A stretch of 63,454 nucleotides of DNA, the filler included, from Octopus bimaculoides (lineage: Eukaryota), in the NCBI RefSeq assembly GCF_001194135.2. It is 8 parts of 7 records of this genome, joined end to end, with 100 filler letters (N's around TTAATTAATTAA, not from the genome) between each part and the next. Parts side by side here need not be neighbours in the genome. Positions count along the whole stretch, not along the records: positions 38,397 to 54,457 come from NC_069001.1; 7 more parts are not named here. The stretch is one strand, 5' to 3'. Made by a program: the position numbers and the translations under genes. Below are positions 38,297-51,196 of the stretch, one piece after another. The stretch's first letter is position 1. Every line of letters begins with the position of its first letter. The notes below the pieces were generated by a model. That model made no database searches and was not told the origin of the DNA. It was given only the letters and a program-made list of their open reading frames with translations.

Positions 38297-38749
38297 NNNN
38301 NNNNNNNNNNNNNNNNNNNNNNNNNNNNNNNNNNNNNNNNTTAATTAATTAANNNNNNNNNNNNNNNNNNNNNNNNNNNNNNNNNNNNNNNNNNNNTTCA
38401 GATTGAAAACCATCAGAGAAATGCAAATAAAGGGGAAAAAAACGGATCTTTTTTTTTTTTTTTCGTACATTTTCTAAAATTCGAATAATTTAGTTTCAAA
38501 TAGTGACGTGAGCTTCAAAAAAAAATTATCACAAGAGGGCATCACCAATGACATCAATGGTATATAAATCATATAGCGTAGGAAGCTAACGGTGATTCCC
38601 TTGGAAGGCAGACTGTTAAACAAGAAGCTGTTTTACCTGACTATTACAGCTCATTATAACAAAGTGTTGTAACAATGTAGAGAAGACACAAATTATGTAG
38701 GGGCCGAAATGATCTCACTGTTAAATTTATTTAGCTTCGTAGTCTGGTC

Positions 38750-39330
38750 TTTGCGAGGCTGTGTCGTAACAAGATAGCTTCTCAACTACATAGTTCCGAG
38801 TTCAGCCTTACTGCATGGCACCCTGAGCCGACCAATGCCTTGTGAGTGGGTGGACAGAAACTGAGAAAAACCGGTGTTTGTGTGTCCGATAGAATAAATT
38901 GTTGTTGTTGTTGGCACTCCGTTGCTTACGACGTCGAGGGTTCCAGTTGATCCGATCAACGGAACAGCCTGCTCGTGAAATTAACGTCCAAGTGGCTGAG
39001 CACTCCACAGACACGTGTACCCTTAACGTAGTTCTCGGGGATATTCAACGTGACACAGTGTGACAAGGCTGGCCCTTTGAGTTACAGGCACAACAGAAAC
39101 AGGAAGAGTGAGAGAAAGTTGTGATGAAAGAATACAGCAGGGTTCGCCACCATTCCCTGCCGGAGCCTCGTAGAGCTTTTAGGTGTTTTCGCTCAATAAA
39201 CACACACAACGCCCGGTCTGGGAAATAGAATAAATACCAGGCTTAAAAAAACACAACTATTGGTGTCGATTCATTCGACAAAAATTCTTCAAGACGGTGG
39301 CCCAACAGGACCGTAGTCTAACGAATGAAC
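38750..39330. mobile_element. SINE C (minus, 38900-39224) inserted into an older SINE A
   Basis: 11-bp TSD atagaataaat at 38889-38899 and 39225-39235. (CAA)n tail on the minus strand. Family A sequence continues on both sides. Confidence 0.88.
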
Positions 39331-40449
39331 CAAATGGTCTGGGCGTTCGTGGAAGCTGTTCAATCTACAGCAAACATGTGGGTTCAATTCCTTTAAGGTG
39401 ATTCTGTCTATCCATTTNNNNNNNNNNNNNNNNNNNNNNNNNNNNNNNNNNNNNNNNNNNNNNNNNNNNNNNNNNNNNNNNNNNNNNNNNNNNNNNNNNN
39501 NNNNNNNNNNNNNNNNNNNNNNNNNNNNNNNNNNNNNNNNNNNNNNNNNNNNNNNNNNNNNNNNNNNNNNNNNNNNNNNNNNNNNNNNNNNNNNNNNNNN
39601 NNNNNNNNNNNNNNNNNNNNNNNNNNNNNNNNNNNNNNNNNNNNNNNNNNNNNNNNNNNNNNNNNNNNNNNNNNNNNNNNNNNNNNNNNNNNNNNNNNNN
39701 NNNNNNNNNNNNNNNNNNNNNNNNNNNNNNNNNNNNNNNNNNNNNNNNNNNNNNNNNNNNNNNNNNNNNNNNNNNNNNNNNNNNNNNNNNNNNNNNNNNN
39801 NNNNNNNNNNNNNNNNNNNNNNNNNNNNNNNNNNNNNNNNNNNNNNNNNNNNNNNNNNNNNNNNNNNNNNNNNNNNNNNNNNNNNNNNNNNNNNNNNNNN
39901 NNNNNNNNNNNNNNNNNNNNNNNNNNNNNNNNNNNNNNNNNNNNNNNNNNNNNNNNNNNNNNNNNNNNNNNNNNNNNNNNNNNNNNNNNNNNNNNNNNNN
40001 NNNNNNNNNNNNNNNNNNNNNNNNNNNNNNNNNNNNNNNNNNNNNNNNNNNNNNNNNNNNNNNNNNNNNNNNNNNNTGTGTATAAGAGAGTGAGAGAGAG
40101 AAAGAGAGAGAGTTTGTGTGTGTTGTGTGTAATTCATTTGTCAACCTGAATGGGAAGCCAAAGTTAGCGGGAGGCGGGGAGCAGAACGTTAAATACCAAC
40201 ATCGCCAGTCGAGTTGCGTAAAGCTGTGACAATCTGATTGTTGTTTTTATTTTTGTTGTTATTGTTGTTTGTATATTTAGGATTCCACAGCCCGCTCTGT
40301 CTTCTCTTATATACATATCATTCATTTGCGAAACAGAATGAAAACATGAAATATCATGAACCATAACTGGAACAACTGACAGGGGGGGGGGGGCTAATAT
40401 TACTATGAAGAGAAAAGGGTACGCTAAACTCAAAGATCAACGTCCGAAT

Positions 40450-41014
40450 TGCTTTCCCAGCTGTAGTTTAGAAGTTAGGGTATTGCATTCAAGACCACAA
40501 GATCTTAGTTTCGATTTCCAGGGCAAGTGTCTACTACTATAGCTTTGGGCTGACAAAAACCTTGTAAGTGGATTTGGTAGACGAAAACTGAAAGAAGCCC
40601 GTCTTATATATATATTTTGGCATCCTTTTGTCTTGGGAGATAATGAAGTTGCGCATAAAATAATCCAGTTTGGTTTTTACATTTCATTTCCATTACATTC
40701 CCTGCTGTGGCTGTGTGACTACACTACACTACATACACACACACACACACACATACACACACACACGCATACATACATACATACATACATACATATGTAC
40801 GAATGGATGGATGGATGGATGTATTTGTGTATGCCTGTGTTTGTCTCCTATCACCGTTTGACAACCGGTGTTGGTGTATTTACGTCCACGTAACTTAGAG
40901 GTTCGGCAAAAGAGACCGATAGAATAAGTAACAGGCTTAAAAAACAAAAAGTACTGGATTCATTCGACTACAATTCTTCAAGGCGGTGCCCCAGCAAGGT
41001 CGCAGTCTAATGAC
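40450..41014 (+). mobile_element. SINE family A, degenerate, split by microsatellite and unrelated sequence
   Basis: gggcaagtgtctactactatagc...gatttggtagacgaaaactgaaagaagccc at 40520-40605, and the 3' part gtaacttagaggttcggcaaaagagaccgatagaataag at 40830-41014. Confidence 0.75.
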
Positions 41015-42404
41015 NNNNNNNNNNNNNNNNNNNNNNNNNNNNNNNNNNNNNNNNNNNNNNNNNNNNNNNNNNNNNNNNNNNNNNNNNNNNNNNNNNNNNN
41101 NNNNNNNNNNNNNNNNNNNNNNNNNNNNNNNNNNNNNNNNNNNNNNNNNNNNNNNNNNNNNNNNNNNNNNNNNNNNNNNNNNNNNNNNNNNNNNNNNNNN
41201 NNNNNNNNNNNNNNNNNNNNNNNNNNNNNNNNNNNNNNNNNNNNNNNNNNNNNNNNNNNNNNNNNNNNNNNNNNNNNNNNNNNNNNNNNNNNNNNNNNNN
41301 NNNNNNNNNNNNNNNNNNNNNNNNNNNNNNNNNNNNNNNNNNNNNNNNNNNNNNNNNNNNNNNNNNNNNNNNNNNNNNNNNNNNNNNNNNNNNNNNNNNN
41401 NNNNNNNNNNCACACACACACACACACACACACGAGGGTGTAGGATATTTGAGCACGTTTGCGTGCGGTTACAAATCTCTTTTTCTCCCTCTGATTCCCA
41501 ATGGCAGCTCTGAGGAGTTTGTATCCTTATTAACTCACCAAAAACCAATATACAATGCATTGCAAGGTACTCAGACGAAAGTTAAAGGATAATGTGTATG
41601 AGTGTTTACCCCTGTATATGTATATAACTATACTTAATGTATATATAATTGAGTGTATAAAGGTTGTGTGTGCGCTCATTTCTGTGCGCGTTTTTGTGCG
41701 CGTTTTTGTGCACGTGCACACAGGTCCGTTGCTATCTCCTCTTATACGTTCTGATTCCCAACGGCAGCTTTTATTGATCCAACTGCCATTATTATTTATG
41801 CCCCAAATTCCTCGTGATGTTATCCAAATATTGAAAAAGCTTTTATAGTCTTTCAGTTCTTATCATTCTACAATTACGACTAACGCACGCACGCATGCCC
41901 GCGCTCGCGCACACACACAATCGAACATGCGCGTGTGCGCGCACTTACACACACACGCACGCACACACACACACACACACGCACTCACACATGCGCACAT
42001 GGTTGTTATTGCTTTCTGAATTCTGTGGGATTGTGCAGAGTTGAAAAGAGCAAAAGGAAAAGGGAGCAACTTATAAAACGGGTGTGGAGCGGGTACAGAT
42101 GTAATGCGGGTACAGATTAAATAGATTTGGACCTGTAATGTATTCATGAGCAAAAATTACGAAAAATTTAACAAATATACACAAAAATAAATATTTCTAA
42201 AAATATATATTTATATAGTTTATATTTATAATTGTAATTGAATTGTATAAGCATGTGAGTGTAATAAATATATTTCATAAAATTATATATACTGTATATG
42301 AATGTATAAATACAGACATTTATTTATATAATTCAATATATATATATTGATAGATAGATATAGTATCTCTCCCTCCCTCCCCTCTCTCTTTCTATGTGTG
42401 GGTG

Positions 42405-42439
<35 letters not shown>

Positions 42440-42537
42440 ATATATATATATATATACACAACTATAGTTATAAATACACACCTATACATACAAGTAAATA
42501 TATGGTTTCAATGAATGAATATCTACAAATTATTGCA

Positions 42538-42570
<33 letters not shown>

Positions 42571-42586
42571 AAATAGAGAGAAAGAG

Positions 42587-42617
<31 letters not shown>

Positions 42618-43155
42618 GAAAGAGAGAAAGATAGAGAGAAAGAAAGAGAGAGATAATATAAAATTTCATAATTTTAACTACATTCCAAATTCTTGTGCAT
42701 TCACACATACACAATAAATTCATTAGCATTTTTTAATTTNNNNNNNNNNNNNNNNNNNNNNNNNNNNNNNNNNNNNNNNNNNNNNNNNNNNNNNNNNNNN
42801 NNNNNNNNNNNNNNNNNNNNNNNNNNNNNNNNNNNNNNNNNNNNNNNNNNNNNNNNNNNNNNNNNNNNNNNNNNNNNNNNNNNNNNNNNNNNNNNNNNNN
42901 NNNNNNNNNNNNNNNNNNNNNNNNNNNNNNNNNNNNNNNNNNNNNNNNNNNNNNNNNNNNNNNNNNNNNNNNNNNNNNNNNNNNNNNNNNNNNNNNNNNN
43001 NNNNNNNNNNNNNNNNNNNNNNNNNNNNNNNNNNNNNNNNNNNNNNNNNNNNNNNNNNNNNNNNNNNNNNNNNNNNNNNNNNNNNNNNNNNNNNNNNNNN
43101 NNNNNNNNNNNNNNNNNNNNNNNNNNNNNNNNNNNNNNNNNNNNNNNNNNNNNNN

Positions 43156-43460
43156 GGCTTTTTAAACCAGACAGTGTTTTGAAAAAACACCCACACAGAT
43201 TGCACCTCTGATTTGCACTACCAATACCTGCAAGTAAGTTCTGCTCATTGTGGATCCTAGCATGTCTTTTAAGACCCCCATTGGATTTGCAAACCCTCTG
43301 GCACACACCACATTCAAACGTGTGCACAGACATATAATCAGAATAGCTGGATGAGGTTTGTTTTCCATGGGTTCGCAGGTGAGATTTGAGGCCAGCCAAG
43401 GACAGACATGGTCTGTCACAGATTGTGCACACAAAAAGGTCCTTGTCATTCACCTTCTCA
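43156..43460 (-). mobile_element. Three tandem C2H2 zinc fingers, probably the C-terminus of an RTE-type LINE
   Basis: Open frame FVCTICDRPCLSLAGLKSHLRTH...FECGVCQRVCKSNGGLKRHARIH...QRCNLCGCFFKTLSGLKS, then a gap. No TGEKP linkers. CxxCxRxCxSxxGLxxHxRxH is typical of RTE tails. Confidence 0.7.
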
Positions 43461-43519
43461 GTCTTTACATATATGTCTTTATATATATGTATGTATGTAT
43501 GTATGTATATATATATATA

Positions 43520-44410
43520 TAAACCCTGCATAAACCCTGTCAGGGGGCCTCCAACCAGACCAGTTTGCGGAGCGAATATCTCCACCAATTATAGATTGTC
43601 CTACTTCCTCTCACAGGTATTACAACCTGTCATAGAAATGTCCCCAGATGTATGTGTGAGCACGGAAGATCTCCTCAGTAAAATCAGTACTTGCAACCAC
43701 TCCAACGACCTCACTGGTTGTGTAGTGGGTAGTATGGATGTGATTTCACCCTACCCATCTATAGACATAGATTTTTGCTGTGGAGAAATGTATTGAGATA
43801 ATATGTGAGGGTGAAGTAGAATTCCGTGAAGTCAACACAAGTGAACTGCACCTCCTCCTTAGACTAAGCTACGACAGTGACTATTTAGATAACCATGACC
43901 TCAGTAGATTCTGCTCCACCAGGTCACAGAGAGGAAGACCACCCACTATCATCTCAGCAGTGAAGAAAAGCATCGCCGAGCGCTGGAGTGGCTGGACCGT
44001 ACCCGCCCAAGACCCTGAGAACAACAATCAGGTGAAAGGAATGATTACACATACAATAGGGGCTAGTGTAAGAACCACCCGAAGAACCACATAGTAAAGT
44101 TTAACAAGAAACTATACATGCAGGTTCAATGTGCAGTCATTGGTGTCGGTGTGACAGGCCTCTTAATAATCTGGCGAGACAGAAAACTTAAGTAATCCTT
44201 AGCAGAACAGTCCACAACTCTTCTACTTTATTGTAGGTATGTAGATGACATTAATATCATAGTTAGGACCAACTCTAGTGATGGTAGTGTAGAAACTGAG
44301 AGGAACATAACGGAGAACATCCAGCAAGTAGCTAACTCCATCCACCAAAGTATCAAGGTAACTATAGATTACCCCACTAGGCACCCCAACAATAGACTTC
44401 CCGTCCTTGA
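43520..44410 (+). mobile_element. Penelope-like element RT fossil
   Basis: PTRPVCGA..S.NY.LS.FLS..L, GSMDV.S.YPSID, RGRPPTI, KFNKKLYMQ....IG..VTG, YCRYVDDI, IKVTIDYPTRHPNNRLPVL. Frameshifts present. Confidence 0.88.
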
Positions 44411-44439
44411 AGAAATCAGCTTTGTCACACAACATGAAA

Positions 44440-44474
<35 letters not shown>

Positions 44475-45499
44475 ATATTAAGATATTTTTCCTCAACATG
44501 AAACCAATGGTAGCATTAATACACAAATGAAGAAATTTTATTCACGAATGCGGTGTTGAACATTCATCCTCATTGTTCGACATTTACGTCTATATATATA
44601 TATATATNNNNNNNNNNNNNNNNNNNNNNNNNNNNNNNNNNNNNNNNNNNNNNNNNNNNNNNNNNNNNNNNNNNNNNNNNNNNNNNNNNNNNNNNNNNNN
44701 NNNNNNNNNNNNNNNNNNNNNNNNNNNNNNNNNNNNNNNNNNNNNNNNNNNNNNNNNNNNNNNNNNNNNNNNNNNNNNNNNNNNNNNNNNNNNNNNNNNN
44801 NNNNNNNNNNNNNNNNNNNNNNNNNNNNNNNNNNNNNNNNNNNNNNNNNNNNNNNNNNNNNNNNNNNNNNNNNNNNNNNNNNNNNNNNNNNNNNNNNNNN
44901 NNNNNNNNNNNNNNNNNNNNNNNNNNNNNNNNNNNNNNNNNNNNNNNNNNNNNNNNNNNNNNNNNNNNNNNNNNNNNNNNNNNNNNNNNNNNNNNNNNNN
45001 NNNNNNNNNNNNNNNNNNNNNNNNNNNNNNNNNNNNNNNNNNNNNNNNNNNNNNNNNNNNNNNNNNNNNNNNNNNNNNNNNNNNNNNNNNNNNNNNNNNN
45101 NNNNNNNNNNNNNNNNNNNNNNNNNNNNNNNNNNNNNNNNNNNNNNNNNNNNNNNNNNNNNNNNNNNNNNNNNNNNNNNNNNNNNNNNNNNNNNNNNNNN
45201 GAATTGTTTCACTGAAAATCCTTATTTTAATTGCAAACAATACAATTTCGGTGATTATGCAATTCTCGCGCTCATCAGGTAATATTTAAAAGAGAATGAA
45301 ACAATGACTTGTTGATTAATCGATCGATTCTCATAGAAGTGAAGTTACAATCAAAGGTATCGATTTATAAAATGAAAAATGTGGATGTCATACGAAACTA
45401 ACGAACAAAATTAGTAAACAACAGGAAGGGGGGAAATTATAATTTAGTAATAGATCTTAAGATAAAAGAAGGTCTCAGAGCTTCGCTTACACTCAAAGA

Positions 45500-45660
45500 T
45501 TAGACAGGGTTTAGGATTAGAGGTTAAAGTTTAGGGTTGGGGGTTACGGTTATAGTCAGATGTTGGGTTTAGGGTTCCGATTTAAGGTTGGTATGTAGAG
45601 TTAGGAATAAGGTTCATGGTTAATGTTTAGGGTTTAGGGCTGGGGGTTAAGGTTTAGAGT
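45500..45660 (+). repeat. Degenerate interstitial (TTAGGG)-like array
   Basis: tttagggttggggg, tttagggttccg and tttagggtttagggctggggg units. Confidence 0.65.
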
Positions 45661-45762
45661 AGGGGTTTTCAAACTTTTTGACTTGCGGACCCCTTTATAT
45701 AGGGACCCCTTATAAACGCTTATGAAATTTATACATAAATATTTGCTTAAAANNNNNNNNNN

Positions 45763-45807
<45 letters not shown>

Positions 45808-46249
45808 CGCATATACACACATGCGCAATGTGTATGTGTGTTGGCTCCTGCGCCATATTGTCACTGTGAATAGGATAGGACAGATCAACCTGATTCGCCA
45901 CAAAGAGGACACAAAATTCAAATAACATACGTAATAATAACTTGTCGTCTGGAACGAACGGAGGAAAGAAGGAAGCCACGTTTGATTTAAGTTTAATGCT
46001 TTATAAAGGTTTGATCGTTATGCATTATACTTTAATCCAACAAACAAGTTTATTCTTCTTCCCAGTCGACAGTCGTCTGTTATTTTGATGAATTTGTCAT
46101 TTTTTTTACTTGTTATTTTGACACTTGGCGGTAAATCACACGTAACTGACCGACCTACTTAGCCAGAACACACACACACACATATATTACACGCACGTGC
46201 GCATACACACATATACACAGAGTGCGTGTGTGTGTGTGTGTACGCGGAA

Positions 46250-46448
46250 GAAAAAAGAAAACAGGAAAGAAAGTAAGAAGGAAGAAAAGGAAGAAAGAAA
46301 GAATAAAAGAAAGAAGGAAAGAATGAATAGAAGAAAGAAAGAAAAGAAAGAAAGAAAAGAAAGAAAGAATAAAAGAAAGAAAGAAAGAAAGAAGGAAAGA
46401 ATGAATAAAAGAAAGAAAGAATAAAAGAAAGAAGGAAAGAATGAATAA

Positions 46449-46480
<32 letters not shown>

Positions 46481-46560
46481 ATAAAAGAAAGAAGGAAAGA
46501 ATGAATAAAAGAAAGAAAGAATAAAAGAAAGAAAGAAAGAAAGATAGAAAGAAACGGAGG
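46250..46560. repeat. (GAAA)n / GA-rich tract
   Basis: Directly visible, with internal higher-order units such as gaaggaaagaatgaataaaagaaa. Confidence 0.9.
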
Positions 46561-47939
46561 AAGTATGAATAGAGGAATTGAAAAATAGAGAGCAGAAGTC
46601 ATTGTAAAGGTCGAAGTGTTTAGCCTTGTGGTTCTTAACCTTTTGAAAATCCAGACCAGATTCAAATCCTGGATGTTTCTTAGGGGGCCCGGCTCCAAAA
46701 ATGCAAAANNNNNNNNNNNNNNNNNNNNNNNNNNNNNNNNNNNNNNNNNNNNNNNNNNNNNNNNNNNNNNNNNNNNNNNNNNNNNNNNNNNNNNNNNNNN
46801 NNNNNNNNNNNNNNNNNNNNNNNNNNNNNNNNNNNNNNNNNNNNNNNNNNNNNNNNNNNNNNNNNNNNNNNNNNNNNNNNNNNNNNNNNNNNNNNNNNNN
46901 NNNNNNNNNNNNNNNNNNNNNNNNNNNNNNNNNNNNNNNNNNNNNNNNNNNNNNNNNNNNNNNNNNNNNNNNNNNNNNNNNNNNNNNNNNNNNNNNNNNN
47001 NNNNNNNNNNNNNNNNNNNNNNNNNNNNNNNNNNNNNNNNNNNNNNNNNNNNNNNNNNNNNNNNNNNNNNNNNNNNNNNNNNNNAAAGGAATAGGTGGTT
47101 CCCCCTTTCTCATTGGTCTCATCTCTCTCCCCTTTCAGTGAAACAAAACGTGTTACCCAATAATCTGTTAAAGAATTAGAATATGAAAAGTTTGTTTCTT
47201 ATTTTATTGTTTCTCCCATAAAAAATTGCGCTTCTGAAAAAAAAAAAAAATGATAAAACAGAAACACATTCCGCAATTTTTTAATTAGCACGCACGCACG
47301 CACACACGCACACACACACACACACACGTATGTATGAATGTATGTATGCATGCATGTATGTATGTATGTGTGTACGTATCTATGTCTGCGTGTGTATGTA
47401 CGCATGTATGTATGCAGGTATATGTATGTACGTATGTGTGTATGTATGTATGTCTTTGTATATATGTATGTGTGCATATGCACATATGTATGTCTCTGTG
47501 TCTGTATGTGTGTATATGTATGTATGTATGTGTGTATGTATGTGTGTATGTATGTATGTATGTATGTATGTGTGTGTATGTACGTCTCTGTGTGTATGTA
47601 TGTATGTCTGGATGCAAGCATTTGTGCATTGGTATAATTTGGTGGTGGTGGTGGGGCGCTAGGAATGTAGCTCGAGTTCCAAAGAGGCGGCAGCCCGAAA
47701 ACGTTTGGGAACCACTGGGGTAGATTTACAAAAGATTATGTTCACTTAGACGTACTCGTTAGAGCTAGCATGTATAGAAAAAATATATATGGCGACTGTT
47801 TTCTCTCATAGGTGAAATACCACATCCGGTTTCTGGGTGCTGTAAAAATAGACGAAATGAACTGAACAAAGGTTTTATCAAGAGTTATGTCCCTTGGCCG
47901 CAAAGTTTTCTGAAAATGTGAGTAGGAGTTTAGGGTTAG

Positions 47940-49300
47940 TATTTGTATAGGATTGGAATGTTTATAGCGGTATTATATGTGTAGGTAGTTGGTAGGGAGA
48001 GGGGCGAGTGCCCGAACGCTTTAGCCCTGTTAGGGCGTATATGTGTGTGTTTGAGTATGTTTTGGTTAAACTCCTTGTTGGGTTCTCAGGCTTTGTAAGA
48101 GGACTGTAGGCACTGGATTCAAAGTCCAAGGTTATATCAAGGAAATTCACTGTCTTCAGGTTGGTTTCTGCTGTGACCTTGACGTTAAAGCAGTTCATGC
48201 TGTTTGTGAGATCCTTCCAAAGCATATCGAATTTGCAGCCGTTAGCCCCTCTCGATATTGCCAGAGCAATATCGAATGGAGAGAACGAAAGGCTGGCGTA
48301 CATCAACACAACTTTCCGTAATCCAACCAATAGCGTTCAGGGCCCTGGTAAAAGGAACCAGCAGAAGAATTTCCAGTCAATTTTCACGTAAAGAGATTTT
48401 TAAAGCAGCTGTTCCGTACTACAATAAAGCTCTGACTTTAAAGATAAGATTAGTTATGCGCTGGACTCTAACCCCACCCAAGAGAAAACGTCAACGGAAA
48501 GTGTTACGGTTCACACTACCATTCCCCTTAAGCGTAAAAACTTGTGTGGTAGGATTTTCGTAAGCTTAGTGGATAAACAGGTTCTCCGTACGAATAGGTT
48601 CAGTAAACTTTTTAGTAGCCACACCTTAAGAGTTTCCTTTAATTGTGCACCTGGTGTGAAAAAAGATATTAGTAGGGAGCCCAACACCCGAGAGAGAGAG
48701 GGGGGCAGGATGTATATGTAGTGGTAACGCCACATGTCTCCTTGATGGCCACTCTAACATGGAAACAGTCGTATGTGAAGTAGAAGTATCATCAAAAGGC
48801 TTAAATGGCCAACCAAACGCACTGAAGTATGTGGGAGAAAAAGAAGGTCCCATTAGGACAAGATTCATTAACCATAAGTCCTTTTCCTATATGCCCAGGG
48901 TGATGAAATACTACAACTATGGCAAGGCACGTATCGTCGTTAAAGGAAAACATAACATTAAAAAGGGCTTACTTTAATAACATATGTTTAGCCGGGAAAA
49001 GAACCATATCAAATTACTTTCAGGACCTAGACATCTGCCTAAACTTCAGGAGTGAAATCTTTAGCTCTTGCCCACATAAAAGAAGATATATTTCATCGTA
49101 CGTACGGGTCTCATCATAACTATTACCAGTTCTCCACCTTCGGCTCTTTCACTGCCATATCCTAAGAACCTAGCGAGGAGTTTAAACAAAGCATACACAA
49201 GCAAACACGCAGATTCATATACCACCCAAGACGGGCTTAGGCGTCCGGATACCTGCCCGGCTCCCCCCATTTCCCCAATCCTACACATTCGAAACTCTTA
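47940..49300. mobile_element. Penelope-like element with inverted 5' part: RT thumb (-, about 48080-48330) and GIY-YIG endonuclease (+, about 48330-49110)
   Basis: Minus strand: ANG.K.D.L.KDL...KVTAETNLKTVNFLDITLD...Y.P..KPEN. Plus strand: RRISSQ....F.AAVPYYNKAL, PKRKRQRK...F..PF..SVKT, VV.EVEV....YVG..EG..RTRF.NHKSF, LNFRSE.FSSC.HK. Diverged inverted terminal copies at 47940-48085 and 49160-49300. Confidence 0.88.
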
Positions 49301-50083
49301 CATTACAACAACTTTGCACAAATACCAACGCCTAACCCTTACAAAAAAAAAAATTCTTACAGAGTTACAAGGGAAATAACTCATGATATAAACCCTTGTC
49401 CAGTTCGTTTCGTCTTTTTCCACAGCACCAAGAAAAAAAGAATTAAAAAAGAGAGAAAAAACAAGAGCTGTCGCCATGTTTTCATTTCTGTACCTATCAG
49501 CTTTCATGAGCAAGCGGTAACACGTAACCGTGTTATCTAACATCCGGTGTAATATTCAGTGCGAAACCGAATGGTAGGATTTGCTGCAATTTTTATATAT
49601 ATATATATATATATGATTAATAATACCCACTCTTTTATTGAATATTTTTTCTGACTTATTCATTCTTAGACACACACACACACACACACACACACAATGC
49701 GAACCGAGAAAAGTGCCCTGAGTTTTGACTACACTAAGCTTTTTTTTTACAAAAGGCAGTTATGGAAAGAAAATGAGACGAAATTGTATGAGAGAAAGGG
49801 AGAAAGAGGGGGCGAGATAGGGGAGAGAGGGAGAGAGTGTATGTATTTGAGAGAGAGGGGGAGGTAAAACGTTACTGCACCGTGTTACGTCATCTGGTAC
49901 ACAAAGACATATTACAAGCGAATGAATGAGAGTCGTCGGATGCATATGATACAATGACACAAGGTCAACACAGATAGCTCAGCGCACGTGAATGTTTCAA
50001 CACAACATCACCACCATCATCATCATTCATTCCTTTTTTATCGTTACATACATATATATGCGTGTGTGTGTGTGTGTGTGTGT

Positions 50084-50128
<45 letters not shown>

Positions 50129-50676
50129 TACGTGACTTTGTATTCTTTTTATCTATTTCTCTGTCTCTCTTTTTAATTCTTTTTTCTTTTTCGTTTTTCA
50201 TTCATGTATTCATTCATTCACCCATTCTTGCAGTCTCTCCTTCTTTCATTGTCTGTACTTTAGTCTGTGTGCGTTCATGTGTACACATATATATACAAAT
50301 ATATATGCATATAGATATACACCCACCCACATACATATATAAATATGCACAAACATATATGCATATATATACACACAATACACATAAAATTATATATATA
50401 TATATACATATATATATACACAAATATGCACATACGTACACATACACACACACATATATATATATATACACATATATATATATACACAAATATTTATATA
50501 TATACAAAGATATATGCATATATATGCACACACATATTTATATACATATATACACAGAAATGTATATGTACGAGTATATATATAATGTAATATATTTGTG
50601 TGTGTATACAATATGTGTATTTATATATATCTATACATATGTATGTATGTATATATAGATATATATATAGCCTATA

Positions 50677-50714
<38 letters not shown>

Positions 50715-50757
50715 CCTATACTATATATATATATATATATATATATAACTTATACTG

Positions 50758-50790
<33 letters not shown>

Positions 50791-50919
50791 ATTTATTATA
50801 TGAATATACATTCGTGTTTGTAGAATAAGAACACATGTATAATACCTTCCTACATGAATACATATACACACATTGTGTGTATATTTACAACAGGCCTATC
50901 CATATGCTTGTGCACATAG

Positions 50920-50955
<36 letters not shown>

Positions 50956-51155
50956 GAGAGAGAGGGGGAGTGAGACACACACACACACAGACCCATACAA
51001 ATACACACACACACACACGTGAGTGCATGTGCGTAACAATGTTTTGCTTTCTGTTTCGTGTCACGCATCCATCTCGGTTATATCAACAATGCCCCAATCG
51101 TAATGCCGTACTTACAAACAAAGACATGAAAAGACCATATCAGACAGATGTATAT

Positions 51156-51196
<41 letters not shown>

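Noticed and set aside
41690-41850. Minus-strand frame ...GINNNGSWINKSCRWESE...NGPVCTCT resembling a GPS/GAIN motif, and a 20-nt duplicate (ctgattcccaaYggcagct) at about 41490 and 41751
   Set aside because: No usable acceptor, no CxFW or HLT, and the CTC part comes from a decayed (TG)n tract.
45201-45280. Plus-strand NCFTENPYFNCKQYNFGDYAILALI with a cag|gtaata donor
   Set aside because: Short, abuts a gap, and has no partner plus-strand exons.
45240-45280. CTGATGA...GAAA on the minus strand (similar case at about 57380-57410)
   Set aside because: Stems I and II cannot be formed; expected by chance in 63 kb.
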